Source: Trypethelium eluteriae
Lineage: Eukaryota
NCBI GenBank assembly: GCA_051942245.1
Contig: JAVECL010000020.1
Coordinates: 62,001 to 101,848, forward strand
Length of the DNA: 39,848 bases
Reading direction: 5' to 3'
The translations under genes were made by a program, and so were the position numbers. Shown here piece after piece: positions 23,676 to 34,960 of this stretch; positions within the stretch are counted from its first letter, which is position 1, and every line of letters starts with the position of its first letter. The notes under the pieces were generated by a model that was given only the letters and a program-made list of their open reading frames with translations, was not told the origin of the DNA and did not search any database.

Positions 23676-26600
23676 ATGGCGAGCGCACCGGTAGCGACAG
23701 TGATGGCTCCTGGCGAGGGTAAACCCATACATTCATTTTTCACCAATCACGCTCGTAAGGCAACCAGGCAACTCTTCAGAAGGCAGATTTCTCACTGATA
23801 TCCAGGGCTCAAAATATCCGAACCCGCAACCTCGCAACCAAGCAATGAATCTATTCCAGGCCCGCTGGTCGACGCCTTTTCTCCTCAGGCCGTATCAAAC
23901 AGTCATGAAAAAAGACAGCACCTGACAGAAGATTGCGGCGACAAGCAAGCTGTATCCGGTCCAAACATCCCATCAGACAATGCATTTGATACGGCAAACG
24001 AGCAGGATATCGGACGTATCCAAAAAAGCCTTCAGGAGCAAGCCCTCGCGACACCTCGTGATGAAGTTTGTCAACCACGCAAGCGTCGCAAGGTTGACCC
24101 AGCGCAAATGACACTCTCCTGGGACGAACAATTGAGGTCTCATGCCGAAGAAACTTCGGCCAAACCAACCATATCTTCCCACACCGCTGACTCTACTGAA
24201 AGGCTCGTTGAGCCGCATGCTAGGTGCCAGGCCAATGGGACCCAATTTTCGGCAGAAAATCAAGGGAGTCCTACCGATCCCAATTCTAATTCGCAGTTAC
24301 CGCCGTCGACAATGACCATGGATCAAGCAGAACCCATTACGAAAAGTGATTCTCGAACAGTTCAAGATTCGGGCAGCCAGTCTACTGCAGGTGGCGTAAA
24401 ACCCCCCGCTTTAGGCTCTGAAATATCAAAAAAGGAGGAAAAACCGCTCAAGTTTAACTCGAAAGGCAAATTAGTCTTCCCAGGAATGCCTTCTTCAACA
24501 ACGAAACCAAATAAAACAAAACAATCGAGCGTAGGAGTATCTATTAATGGCATATCTCAGAAACACTTAGTCGTTATCCTTCCCTACGGAAAGAATGAGC
24601 AGAGTCGTGCGCAAATCTCTCGCAGAATCGATGCGATTCTGTCTACCCGCAAGACCAAAACGGAAGCAAATGACCAGGCCCTGGCTTCCAAGACTACGAA
24701 CGAAGATCAAGCGAAAGCATTACATCCCTTTTTTCACTTAGGCGGTCGCCGTCAGACTCGGTCGAGTAAATTGAAAGCTACTTCTTCGGAGATAGACAGG
24801 CCATCGAGTAACCCTTCTTCGGAGAACGCGAGAACTCGCCACAGTAGCGCCGCTACCCCTGGGAAACTCAGAGCCCAGGCTCAGGCTCAGGCAGCACAAC
24901 CTCAGCCCCCGACTGCTGCTATGCGATTCGACTCTGAAAGAGACGGAAGGAGACCTGCAAAGGCCATGGGTCACCCTGAAGCTTTGTGGCCTTCGAAGGA
25001 TATGGTTCATGTTCGTGGTGCTTTTTCAAGTCATCCAAGACCGGTCTCCGAGAACCAGAGGAATGATCGATGCAGATCGGTTATACCAAAACAGCGCAAA
25101 AGAAAGGCAGGCGTCATTTTATCCGAAAAGGACTACCAACAAGCTTTAATGGAATTGCCTGCGTTGGAGGCATTTGCAAGAGAGCCACTTAAAATCCCGG
25201 AGAGGCTATTAATAGCCGGGAAGCAGCTCCAGCAACTGATCTCGAGGGAATTGTATCCCGCCATAGCTGGCGGGGGTGTGGGCGTAGGACACGAGCTCGA
25301 AAAGAATTCGATTTGGCGCCGAGATCCTTATCCGCGATTCGTCCAAGATTTTGAGAGGTTGTCAACCTCACTAACGCCTTTTGATCGAGGTCTCCGCGAG
25401 ACAGAACCGTGGACTCAAAAGTATGCCCCATCTAGCGCAGAAGAGGTCCTGCAATCTGGGCCCGAACCTATGGCGTTACGGGAATGGCTTAAGACATTGG
25501 CTGTCACGGCAGTGGACACAGGCAAGTCAAACGGTGTAAAGATGCAGCCGTCTCGCAAGGATGAAGCTGCCAGAGCCAAGAGAAAGAAGCGTAAGAAACG
25601 TGATGACATTGATGATTTTATCATTTCCACGGATGATGAGGATGACATGATGGAGCATGCTGACGTTACTGATGATGATGTTCTCCAAGCGCCCATCTCA
25701 AACCATTCGAAATCAATATTCCGCATCGGTGACCTTACCTCTAACTCAAAAGCCAGAATGACGAATGCCGTGTTGCTTAGTGGACCTTGCGGTTGCGGCA
25801 AAACGGCAACTGTTTATGCGGTTGCCAAAGAATTGGGATTCGAGGTCTTCGAACTTAACGCGGGTAGCCGACGGGGCGGAAAAGAACTGTTAGAGAAGGT
25901 CGGTGACATGGCTGAAAATCATCTATACCAATCCACAGTCGATGATGCTTCGAATCTATCGGCCGAAGAAGATACCGCACGGCTCGGGAAGGCTCTTCAG
26001 AAAGACTTACGTACGGGCAGACAAGGCACGATGACATCTTTCTTCACTGCAAAACCTTCGTCTTCACCCAAGGTTATGAAACCAACGAAAACAAAGGCAA
26101 GAAAAAGCTCCGGTTTGGTGCACCAACAGCATAAGACACAGAGTTCTTCAAAGCAGAAGCAGTCACTGATCCTCTTGGAAGAAGTTGACATCCTCTTCGA
26201 GGAAGACAAGCAATTCTGGCAATCGTTGATTACATTGGCAGTTTCTTCGAAGCGTCCTATCATTCTGACATGCAATGATGAAAGTTTGGTTCCACTCGAT
26301 TCGCTGAACCTCCATGCCATTCTGCGTTGCTCGCCTCCGTCTCTCGACGTGGCAGTAGATTACTTACTATTGATGGCGGCGAATGAGGGCCACATCCTCC
26401 GTCGATCCGCTGTTTCGAGACTCTTCCTATCATATAAACAAGATTTGAGAGCCACTGTTCAGCAACTTGACTTCTGGTGCCAGATAGGGATTGGTGATCG
26501 AAAAGGCGGGCTAGAATGGATCTATCAGCGATGGCCCCCTGGCAAAGACGGTGATGCCGATGGAAATCGACTTCGAGTTGTGAGCAGAAATACGTATTTT

Positions 26601-27584
26601 GAGAACTCGAGCAATCGATGCTCAGCTCTTGGCGACAACGAGCTCATTGAAGCCCCGCTACAAGGCCGTAACGAGAATGATACAAGCAGAGTGCACGTGG
26701 ATTGCGATCTCGGTGCCACTGATCCCATTTCCATGCAGCCAAGAAACAAGCTCGAGGCGCTGAGGGACCTCGACTTGGCCCTCGGAGTCAGGAGCACTGC
26801 AAATATATTTTGTGGGGCAGGGTCGACGTCACAATACAAGGTATTCCCTTCAGATCTCCTCCTTATATGCACAGTTACTTACATTTCGAAGGACGTGCTT
26901 GATCCTACAGAGCCCCAGATAGATAATTCAGCATGTGCCGACTACATGGAAGGCTATCAACTTATTCAAGCTGACCTCAAAGTTACATTCACTAATACCG
27001 ACTCTCAACTCTCGACGTACTTAACCACTGGCGCAGACTCAATCCTGGTACGAGAAGGCATACAAGATGTGTGCCCACCCAGCCAGTCTTTAGCGACGTA
27101 CGAGGACGATATCGTTTCCCCGAGTCTCGACGAAGATATCAGCCATACACACCAGGCTCGGTCTTTGAAGCACGCTGATTTCTTAATCGCGTTTGAATGT
27201 CTCACAGATCCTGGCCCACAAGCAGCACTCCAATTCACGATACCCGGGCCGTCCATCTTCGATGGTACCATGGCACCTATCATCGAAGATGCTGCTCCAT
27301 ACATACGCTCTATTGTCGCCTTCGACTTAGCCTTAGAAGAACGACGCCTACAGCAAAGCAACCTAGTCTCACAAGGTGGACGTATTGCAAAAAAGGCACG
27401 TCTGACTAGAGCAAGTCGGAGCGCTCTCGAGGGAGGCAAGCGCGAGACTACGCGGCGGGAGAGATGGTTTCCAAAAGCTCTGAATGCCTCCCTCGTCCTC
27501 AGAACAGCAGGCCATGAATGGAATATGTCCTCACATGAGACCGACCAGAGCAACGTACCGTCACGTGAATCGTCTGTCGCTTAA
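23676..27584 (+). CDS. ELG1: Elg1/ATAD5-type RFC-like AAA+ ATPase (PCNA unloader), introns 23755-23805 and probably 26841-26891
   Basis: WTQKYAP (RFC box II), Walker A GPCGCGKT, AVAKELGFEVFELNAG, Walker B ILLEEVDILFEEDKQFW, SKRPIILTCND. Exon 1 (MASAP..KPIHSFF) joins in frame to the 24108 ORF. Confidence 0.9.
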
Positions 27585-27836
27585 TGATACATCGTCGCTT
27601 GTCTTGCTTGAGTCCACGAGCCTCCCGAACATCATTTCGGAGGGGTTGAATGCTGGTAACAGGCGAGCGCCATCGTTTCGCATCGATTCAAAAGTGTCCA
27701 GACGCTTGCGAAGATCCATAGCTATATTGTATATATGTATGACAGTACAAATGTAAGCCGATTTGCGTTTCTCTAGCTTGATTTCATGCGCCAGGTTCAA
27801 CGAGTGATAAACATACACGTCATATATGGCTAATAG

Positions 27837-28896
27837 CTAACGCCAATTCTCGTGATGAGGCTCTGGTGGCTCATAGCCACGCCTCGTAAGGAATGCGGCC
27901 AGACCGTGTTCGAGGTGAGCCCACTAGAACAGAAAAATCAGCATTCTTATCCGCAAAGCCCAATGGAAACGAGCTTACCAGTCCCTTCCTCTCCACCACG
28001 CCATCCTTGACCCACAGAGCATGCCAGCCCATCGTATTAGCCATGAGGACATCGGTGAGGAGACGGTCTCCGACCACTGCAATCTGCGAAGGCGCAATTA
28101 TTTGCGCATCAGAGGCATCGCGGAAGTACTGCAGGATCTCGTGTCCGCATCCAGGCTTCTACCAAATCTTTAGCCATCGCTGTCGCCCCCACGTCTGTAG
28201 CCTACTCATAAGAAGTTCATGCACAGGCCATTACGAATTGACTTGCAGAACCTGCTGTGTGAGCGTATAAGACTAGGTCAGAGTGTGCGCAGTCCCACTT
28301 TCAGTGATAGGCTTCATGCACAAGGCCACCCCAAATAACTTGTATAGACAGGCTAAGAAGTGGTAGAGTTCCAATGGGTAAGGAAAGAAATCTATTCCTT
28401 CACCTACTTTAATATTATGGTGCAAGACTTTTACACCGGTGTTATGCTCAAGAAGTGAAGCTTCGGCTTTGTTCCGGGTACCAGGCGTCCCAGCGGTATT
28501 TGAAACTATGAGGAGACGTGATCCTGTGTATGCTTTGCGCAATCGCTGAAAGGTATCCTATCGTTAAGCCTCGCATCAGAATCATTGCAGATGATTTATG
28601 CCAAGGGTATGGAAATAGGTATTGTTTCTGTATGGTAGAAGAGAAGATACGGCGTGGAAAAGGGTCATATATACATTATACGGTTCATGGACAGCATTCT
28701 CATGGGGGATGGCAAAGCAGTTATCTTTGTCCAGAACGACGGCTCTGATATCGACTGACTTCTGGCCGGGTGAAGGGTTGAAGGCTAGACTGAGGGGTAT
28801 TGGAAGGTCTCTAAAGTTGGATATAGAAGCATGAGGAAGGCAAAGACTGGGTTCACGAAGAATTCGAAAGGCATGAACCGCGCCAGAGAGATTCAT
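27837..28896 (-). CDS. GEP4: Mitochondrial phosphatidylglycerophosphatase (HAD IIIA), three introns
   Basis: PSLCLPH, IRAVVLDKDNCF (HAD motif I), LLIVSNTAG, K|KPGC and IAVVGDRLLTDVLMAN. Ends ..RRGYEPPEPHHENWR* (TAG 27839-27837). Confidence 0.93.
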
Positions 28897-29117
28897 GACA
28901 ATGTCAGAAGTCGATGCGTGGCATACAGTGGTCCATATTAAATATTATTAACAGGAGTACGGTACGGGCAAGGTGCAAGGGTCTGACCTCACGGATCACG
29001 CTAGTTGTTGCGCTAATGCCAGGGCTTCTTCAATAATTCTTGAGCTTGGTTTCTTAGACATATTGCGCACTCCACCCTCGTCTAGCTAATAGACACTCTT
29101 GCTTGCTCTTGTACAAA

Positions 29118-29674
29118 ATGACGAGCACAATCGGAATACCAATCAAACTTTTGAACGAGGCCTCGGTAGGCACCTCCCCTTCCTACCACTCCATGCAGCT
29201 GCGCGCTCACTTTGTGCGGAAGTAGATGCTGATTCTCTACTGCAGGGTCATGTCGTTACGGTAGAGATCACGACCGGCCAAGTCTTCCGTGGCAAACTTC
29301 TAGAAGGTACGGATCGTCCTGCTGCCAGGCGGGTATATCATAGCGCTAACAGCCGTCTCTGTAGCCGAAGATAATATGAACGTGCAGCTCAAAGATATCA
29401 CGGTTACTGCGCGAGACGGTCGAGTGTCCCATCTGGATCAAGTCTACATTCGCGGCTCGCATGTGCGCTTCTTCATCGTACCAGATATGCTCCGGTATGT
29501 ATCGGATTTCTTTGCGCGGTTTTTGGTGCCGCCGAGTTGTCTGCCGAGAATGCAACTAACAGCATTGATAGAAATGCTCCCATGTTCCGATCTCGTGGTA
29601 CAAGAGGACGTGGTGTGGGTCTTGCCAGAGGTCGTGCAACAGTCAACAGAGCGAGAGGACAACGAAGGGGCTGA
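29118..29674 (+). CDS. SMD3: Small nuclear ribonucleoprotein Sm D3, three introns
   Basis: [102 protein letters not shown]. Confidence 0.97.
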
Positions 29675-30066
29675 GGTCTTGCGAAGTAAAAAAAATTCGG
29701 AGTGGTTGAGTCGCAAGCAGAGGTAGAGTGCCACGTAAATTGGCTCTCTTGTAGCCACATGGAGCTGAAGAGGGTATTACTTGTGAAAAGGGATATCTGG
29801 AAGCGATCATCCGCACAAGTGTGCATGAAGTCTAGCATGGGTGGCGTTCGGGAGCCTGGCGTCCAGCGACGAGGCTATCAAAATCTTGAGATATTGATTG
29901 CGACTCCTTTTCAATGCGTCTCCGTCATAAATATTATAAGCCCCGATAAATAACAACAGCCGTGATGTCACCAGAGCCGGACATGCGTATTATATAATCG
30001 CTGTGTTATGCCTCTGATGACGAAGCGCTGCACTGTCTGCTCTTCATGCTTCGCGAACATAGTGCA

Positions 30067-31200
30067 ATGGAAATAGCCAAGTCCAGGCGCATTCTCGCCG
30101 TCTCTTCGCCCGACTGTGATATTCTAAAGCTACTCAAAGGTCCGTATACCTGCTATTCAAATTCTGGCGGCGAACCTATCGACATCACCCGTAGCTAAAC
30201 ATACCCGTGTAGATCTGACGGGTTCTGCACCTGCAACATCTCAGGGATCCAATGCAGGCTTGTCGCACACTTGGAATCTGGAAACAAACTACTACAAAGT
30301 AGAGATCCCTATTTGGATCGATGAGATTCGAAATCTCACCGAATGGAAGTCAGAATTCATGGGAGATGAGGCAAAGGAAGTGGTGCAAGCTTTGGGTGCC
30401 TGGATTTACTGTTTCTCCAAGCCCGTCACACAAACTGATCTTGTAAGCTGAGATGCTCGTTTCAATTTTCTTTTCCCTTTTCTCTCTTTTGCTTTGTCTA
30501 CAACATTCTGATGTCTACATTGAGGATGCGATCAAAGATACTCTACGAGCAATATCCGAGGTTAAGGACAATGGCTCTGAGTATGGCTGGGACGGAGCTT
30601 GCGTTGCTGTTGCGATGCCCCAGACTGTCACACCCTATCTAGACTTATCATTCGACGACTGGGACGACATTTGCCGTGATTTCGGATTTGAGTTCATTGA
30701 TGCTGAGGCTACGGGGCGTAACGAATATGGAGGTTTGTTACTTCACGCTTTGGGCTCTTACCATGAGCTGAACCATGGCCTTTAGAGCAAACGGGCATTG
30801 CACGCATCAAGGAAGCACTACAGAGCAACGACTGGGCTATGGATGAGTCTCTTGACCTGGACGAGTTGGAGCCCTACAACGAAAACCCAACGGACGAGGA
30901 CAGCGGCTTCAACATGGAAGGTCAGGAGATGGGCTTCGAGTTTGCGGCACTGAAATCCGCTCTGGCTCGCGATGAATCCTCAAATGACACGGAGGATGAC
31001 GCACATGAAAGTGACCAAGTTGATGAGCTAGAACGGATGATGGTGCACTTGCAAGCAGCAAGAGGTAAGGGCGTCATCCCACGCAACACAAGAAGATCAC
31101 CATTGACCAAAGCTATATAGAAACAAGTTCCGGCTTATCTGGCGTAGATAAGAGAAGATTCGCTGCCAGAGAGGTTGAAAAGATTATGAGACAGTTGTAG
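30067..31200 (+). CDS. IRC6: Alpha/gamma-adaptin-binding protein p34 / Irc6 family, four introns
   Basis: RRILAVS..LLK|DLTGS..AGLSHTWNLETNYYKVEIPIWIDEI..W..EF..EAKEVVQALGAW, GFEFID..GRNEYG|EQTGIARIKEALQSNDW, ELERMMVHLQAAR..KRRFAAREVEKIM. Confidence 0.85.
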
Positions 31201-31850
31201 CTTCTCATAGGTGTAGAAGTCCCGCAATACTTTCTTCAAGAGCAATCCATCACGAGGCTCAGCCTTGCTCGTACTTAGCCCAATATTTTCGTCTGCATGC
31301 TCGGCTACAGCTGAAAGAGATACATCCCAGTCTATGCAATGAACTCCCGAGGGCCATGTGACCCATCAGGATCGACCGAAGGCGAGAAGAAACGCCAAGA
31401 AGGAAAATCTGAGAGGAGAGGCGCTCTGTGGAGATCGAGCGTAATCTAAACCTTATTTCCAACCCGCTCATAAGTGGAGATGCATGATAGCATATTGTGT
31501 GTGGATGGGCTTCGCTGTGACTAGATGAATTGGCATCGGATCTGTTCTCACTTTACCGTTGTAATTTCAACCCCAAAATATTTAGATCCGTTATCCTTTG
31601 CCTTGGGAAAGCATAAGTCCCCTTTTCCTTTGCCAGATAAGACCGAGGAAAGATCCGCACCTACGGAATCGACTACCAAGGCTATCGATTCGCAAAAGAG
31701 CGCATTCATGAGTCAAGATCAAGATGCGCTAGATCACTCAGAGATCCCGGACCGTAACTCGAATTTTTAGCCAAAACCGCGAGCTGCAATACGACGAGAT
31801 CTCCATTGCGTAACAACACGTTGTGCTGTCGTAACAAGGGCCCCGAGCCG

Positions 31851-32531
31851 TCAAAGAAGAGTGAAGCCTGACCACCAGAGGTAGCCGAGAATTGCAGCCA
31901 GACTTGACATCGAAAACCACAAGTTCATCTCGATGAAGCTCCACACCAACAGCGTCCCCACAGGCGGAGCTCTCTTCATCACCGCAAAGTAGGCATGCTC
32001 GTTGGCCGAAAAGATCAGATAGCAACCAGAAGCTACGGAGACTGCCAGCAGGAACAGCTGCTTCGGCAAAGGATATCGTGACACCGAGCGGCTGTGAAAT
32101 GCGGACGTCACGAAGATGAGCTGCGGAACGACCATGGCCGTCCTCTTGTAAATCGCATTCCACTCGATGGCTTGCGAATACTGCTGGTAGGTGAGCACAT
32201 CAAGAGTGAAGTGAAGCATCGACAGCGTGATCGCGAGGAAGATGGCTTGGCCGAAAGGGCCAATAGGGTCTGCGTCTCCTGCTGCTGCTACCTCGTTCAC
32301 GGCTGTGATGTCGGTTTCGACGACATCGACTTCAGCCGGCTTTTCGCGGAGGAGGTTTCTTTCTGCAGCGATGTCGAGGAGGGTCTTGCCTTTCGGTCCT
32401 GATTTGTCTGGGTATCGTAGCTCGATCTGTGGCGCGTCATTTTCGCTGCCATCGCCTCCCGAGCTTCTGCTGCGGTCTTTGGCAGCCTGACGGCGTTGTT
32501 TTCGATTTCCGTTGGCGAGAGAATCGGCCAT
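31851..32531 (-). CDS. Conserved fungal multi-pass membrane protein of unknown function, about 226 aa
   Basis: NRKQRR, YPDKSGPKGKTLLDIAAER, LSMLHFTLDVLTYQQY, YFAVMKRAPPVGTLLVW; four to five hydrophobic segments. ATG 32531 preferred over the ORF-track start at 32636. Confidence 0.82.
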   Translation of the reverse strand: MADSLANGNRKQRRQAAKDRSRSSGGDGSENDAPQIELRYPDKSGPKGKTLLDIAAERNLLREKPAEVDVVETDITAVNEVAAAGDADPIGPFGQAIFLAITLSMLHFTLDVLTYQQYSQAIEWNAIYKRTAMVVPQLIFVTSAFHSRSVSRYPLPKQLFLLAVSVASGCYLIFSANEHAYFAVMKRAPPVGTLLVWSFIEMNLWFSMSSLAAILGYLWWSGFTLL

Positions 32532-32792
32532 GCCCACGAGATATGATGAGAAGATCTTCTCAGAGAGATGAGGTGAACAGTAACTCCGATATTGGGCTGT
32601 GCGAGGAGATGCTATATTATCAACTACTTCATGCACTCGAGAAGCACGAGATGAATGGAGCTACGAGTTTATAGTCTTTGGCGTGTGGACCGTGCACTGC
32701 GTACCTAAACTTCTGAGGCTTTCCCCTGTCAGAAAATGTTCCCTGCTGGTCCAAAACGTCTGGACTGGCGGGACTGGACAGAAAAATCTGAC

Positions 32793-33771
32793 ATGGAGTG
32801 GACCTCATGGGCATTGCTGCCAATACTCGTAGTTTTCTTATGGGTTTCTACAGCGCAGCTAACTGATCGCTTTCCCAAGCTTCGCGGAAAGCGCATCTGT
32901 CTTCTTATTGCCCACCCTGATGATGAGGCCATGTTTTTTGCTCCAACGGTCCTTGCTCTTACGAAGCCAGCATTAGGCAATCATGTCAAGATTCTTTGTC
33001 TCAGTAGCGGTAGGTTCCAATTTTTCTTTGCTATCTATGTCTTTGGAAAAGTAAAATTTATGCGCTACGCTAAGACTATCCGCAGGGAACGCAGAAGGGC
33101 TAGGGGAAACAAGGAAAAAGGAACTGGCTAAGAGCGGACTCATGCTTGGATTGAGAGGAGAGGATGATGTCCTAGTCATTGATGATCCGTAAGGCCTTCA
33201 GCTAGACTGTCCGTTGCAATATCATCATTCCTTATTCCAATATAGAAACTTTCCAGACTCCATGACCACGACATGGGACTCGCGTTTACTTGGCGATCTG
33301 TTGCTCTCAACTTTCGCCCCCAGTCTAGTTAAAACACCCAATACCAGTGCCCCTCCGGCAACTATCGATGTCCTCATCACCTTCGACAAAGGCGGCGTCT
33401 CAAGTCATCCAAACCACATCTCTCTGCTCCACGGAGCCCGCGCGTTTATGAAGGCGCTTATGCATCGTCACAAGGGCTGGGACTGCCCTGTCACGCTCTA
33501 CACTTTGACCTCAACTAATACTGTGCGCAAGTATCTCGGCCTGTTCGACGCGCCAATAACCCTACTATCCTCGGTAGTGGCCACGAGGAGTAAGAAGTCT
33601 GCGAGTAATGTTCCATACCGCTTGTTTTTTGCGAATGGGTTGAGTGAGTATTGGGCGGCGCGACGAGCCATGACGACGGCTCACCAGAGTCAGATGCTCT
33701 GGTTCCGATGGTTTTGGATTGTGCTGAGCAGATACATGACCGTGAATGACTTGAAAGCTGATACCGGGTAA
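32793..33771 (+). CDS. GPI12: N-acetylglucosaminyl-phosphatidylinositol de-N-acetylase (PIG-L), two introns
   Basis: N-terminal membrane anchor, LLIAHPDDEAMFFAPT, LCLSS|GNAEGLGETRKKEL, ITFDKGGVSSHPNH, AMTTAHQSQMLWFRWFW..SRYM.VNDL. Confidence 0.95.
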
Positions 33772-34486
33772 GATGGTGCGATTCTTCTCACAATGCGATG
33801 AGCTACGAATGGAGATAATTGAGCGCATCGTGTGGACCATGTCGGTCCTTGACTTAGGGGTTTTGGTATCCGCGGATGAGCATCCACGGTGTCGCTCGAT
33901 TGATCATTAGGAATCCAGCTCCAAACTCAACCGTGCATGAATCATCGGACCGAGGCTTTCTCTTGAGGGTTAGTGATGGGAGGACGCTGCAGGCAAAGGA
34001 TAACATCTGTGACAGCAGGCCTGACAATGTGCAACAAAACTGCATTTCGGCGGATTGCATGTCTTCCAAAATCTATATGTATTATTAATGATCAAGCACG
34101 GCTTGATTGTGCACAAGAGCCTTGTTCCAAGTTTTCGGGTTGACTTGGTTCGGATATAGTATCAGAGCATTATCTAAAGAAACCTGATTCAGAATCGCCA
34201 CACTTAAATTCAATACCTGCACAATGTGCTGGTCAGATATATGTTCTCGCGTAGCTAGAATTGTCAGACGTACCACCACTGGAAACTTGCAACGACATCT
34301 GCAATCATTGTCTATCAATAGCTCTGAGCCATCGAAAGATAAACCCATTAAAGCCAGAAGTAAGTACATGCGGTGATGCAGATGGAAGATTCTGATGTTT
34401 ACGACGACAAAGGTCTGATAGTATTCAGCATTTCTATGTGCTTCTCCCTCAGAATCGGAGGGACGATCGGTGTGTTGTCGAGCACG

Positions 34487-34780
34487 ATGCCGGAGAACCA
34501 ATCTAAACAAACTTTTTCACTCAGTTCCTCTCCCACTACTGGCAAAAAGACTAGCGGTTTCGAGCATATGGTTTTTCTTCGTGGAGGGGGGTCAACACGA
34601 CGACTGGAAGATGACGAACGAGCACCAGCAGTTTTATGGTGGTTCGCAGGTGGTAAGAGAAGACCCCCGACGGGCGAAGAGCTCCGGGCGGCGAAGCAGG
34701 CTAGAAGGTCTAGGATGGAATCCGGAGAAGGATGCGGTCTCTGCGCAGCTATTTGTGGCCGCCGACGCCAAGAAGAGTGA
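34487..34780 (+). CDS. Putative small protein (97 aa) with internal LRGG, a LWWFAGG motif and a Cys-containing C-terminus
   Basis: ATG in ACGATG context, open to TGA 34780, in an otherwise empty 1.2 kb gap. Protein-like motif density. An in-frame upstream start exists near 34373-34382. Confidence 0.5.
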   Translation: MPENQSKQTFSLSSSPTTGKKTSGFEHMVFLRGGGSTRRLEDDERAPAVLWWFAGGKRRPPTGEELRAAKQARRSRMESGEGCGLCAAICGRRRQEE

Positions 34781-34960
34781 AGCAAATGATTTTCCTGGGA
34801 GAGTTCTTATCTGATTTCCTCATCTTCCAATTAGCGGACTACCTGGGGCACAACACGCTGTACTGGCTGTTGCGAGATCGTGTGCAGGCACGATTTGTTG
34901 TTCCGTGGGTTCGGTTTCTTCTTTGAACTTTTACTCATCGCTGCAATCAAGGTTTCTCGC

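Noticed and set aside
29960..30025. C/D-box-like words (GTGATGT..CTGA, TGATGA) between SMD3 and IRC6
   Set aside because: Imperfect C box, too short, and no terminal stem or recognisable guide.
31259..31770. Short ORFs and a TGAGTCA site between convergent genes
   Set aside because: Located in probable 3' UTRs with no supportable homology.
34399..34785. 128-aa minus-strand ORF
   Set aside because: TTG start and low-complexity product. Better explained as the antisense of the LRGG ORF.
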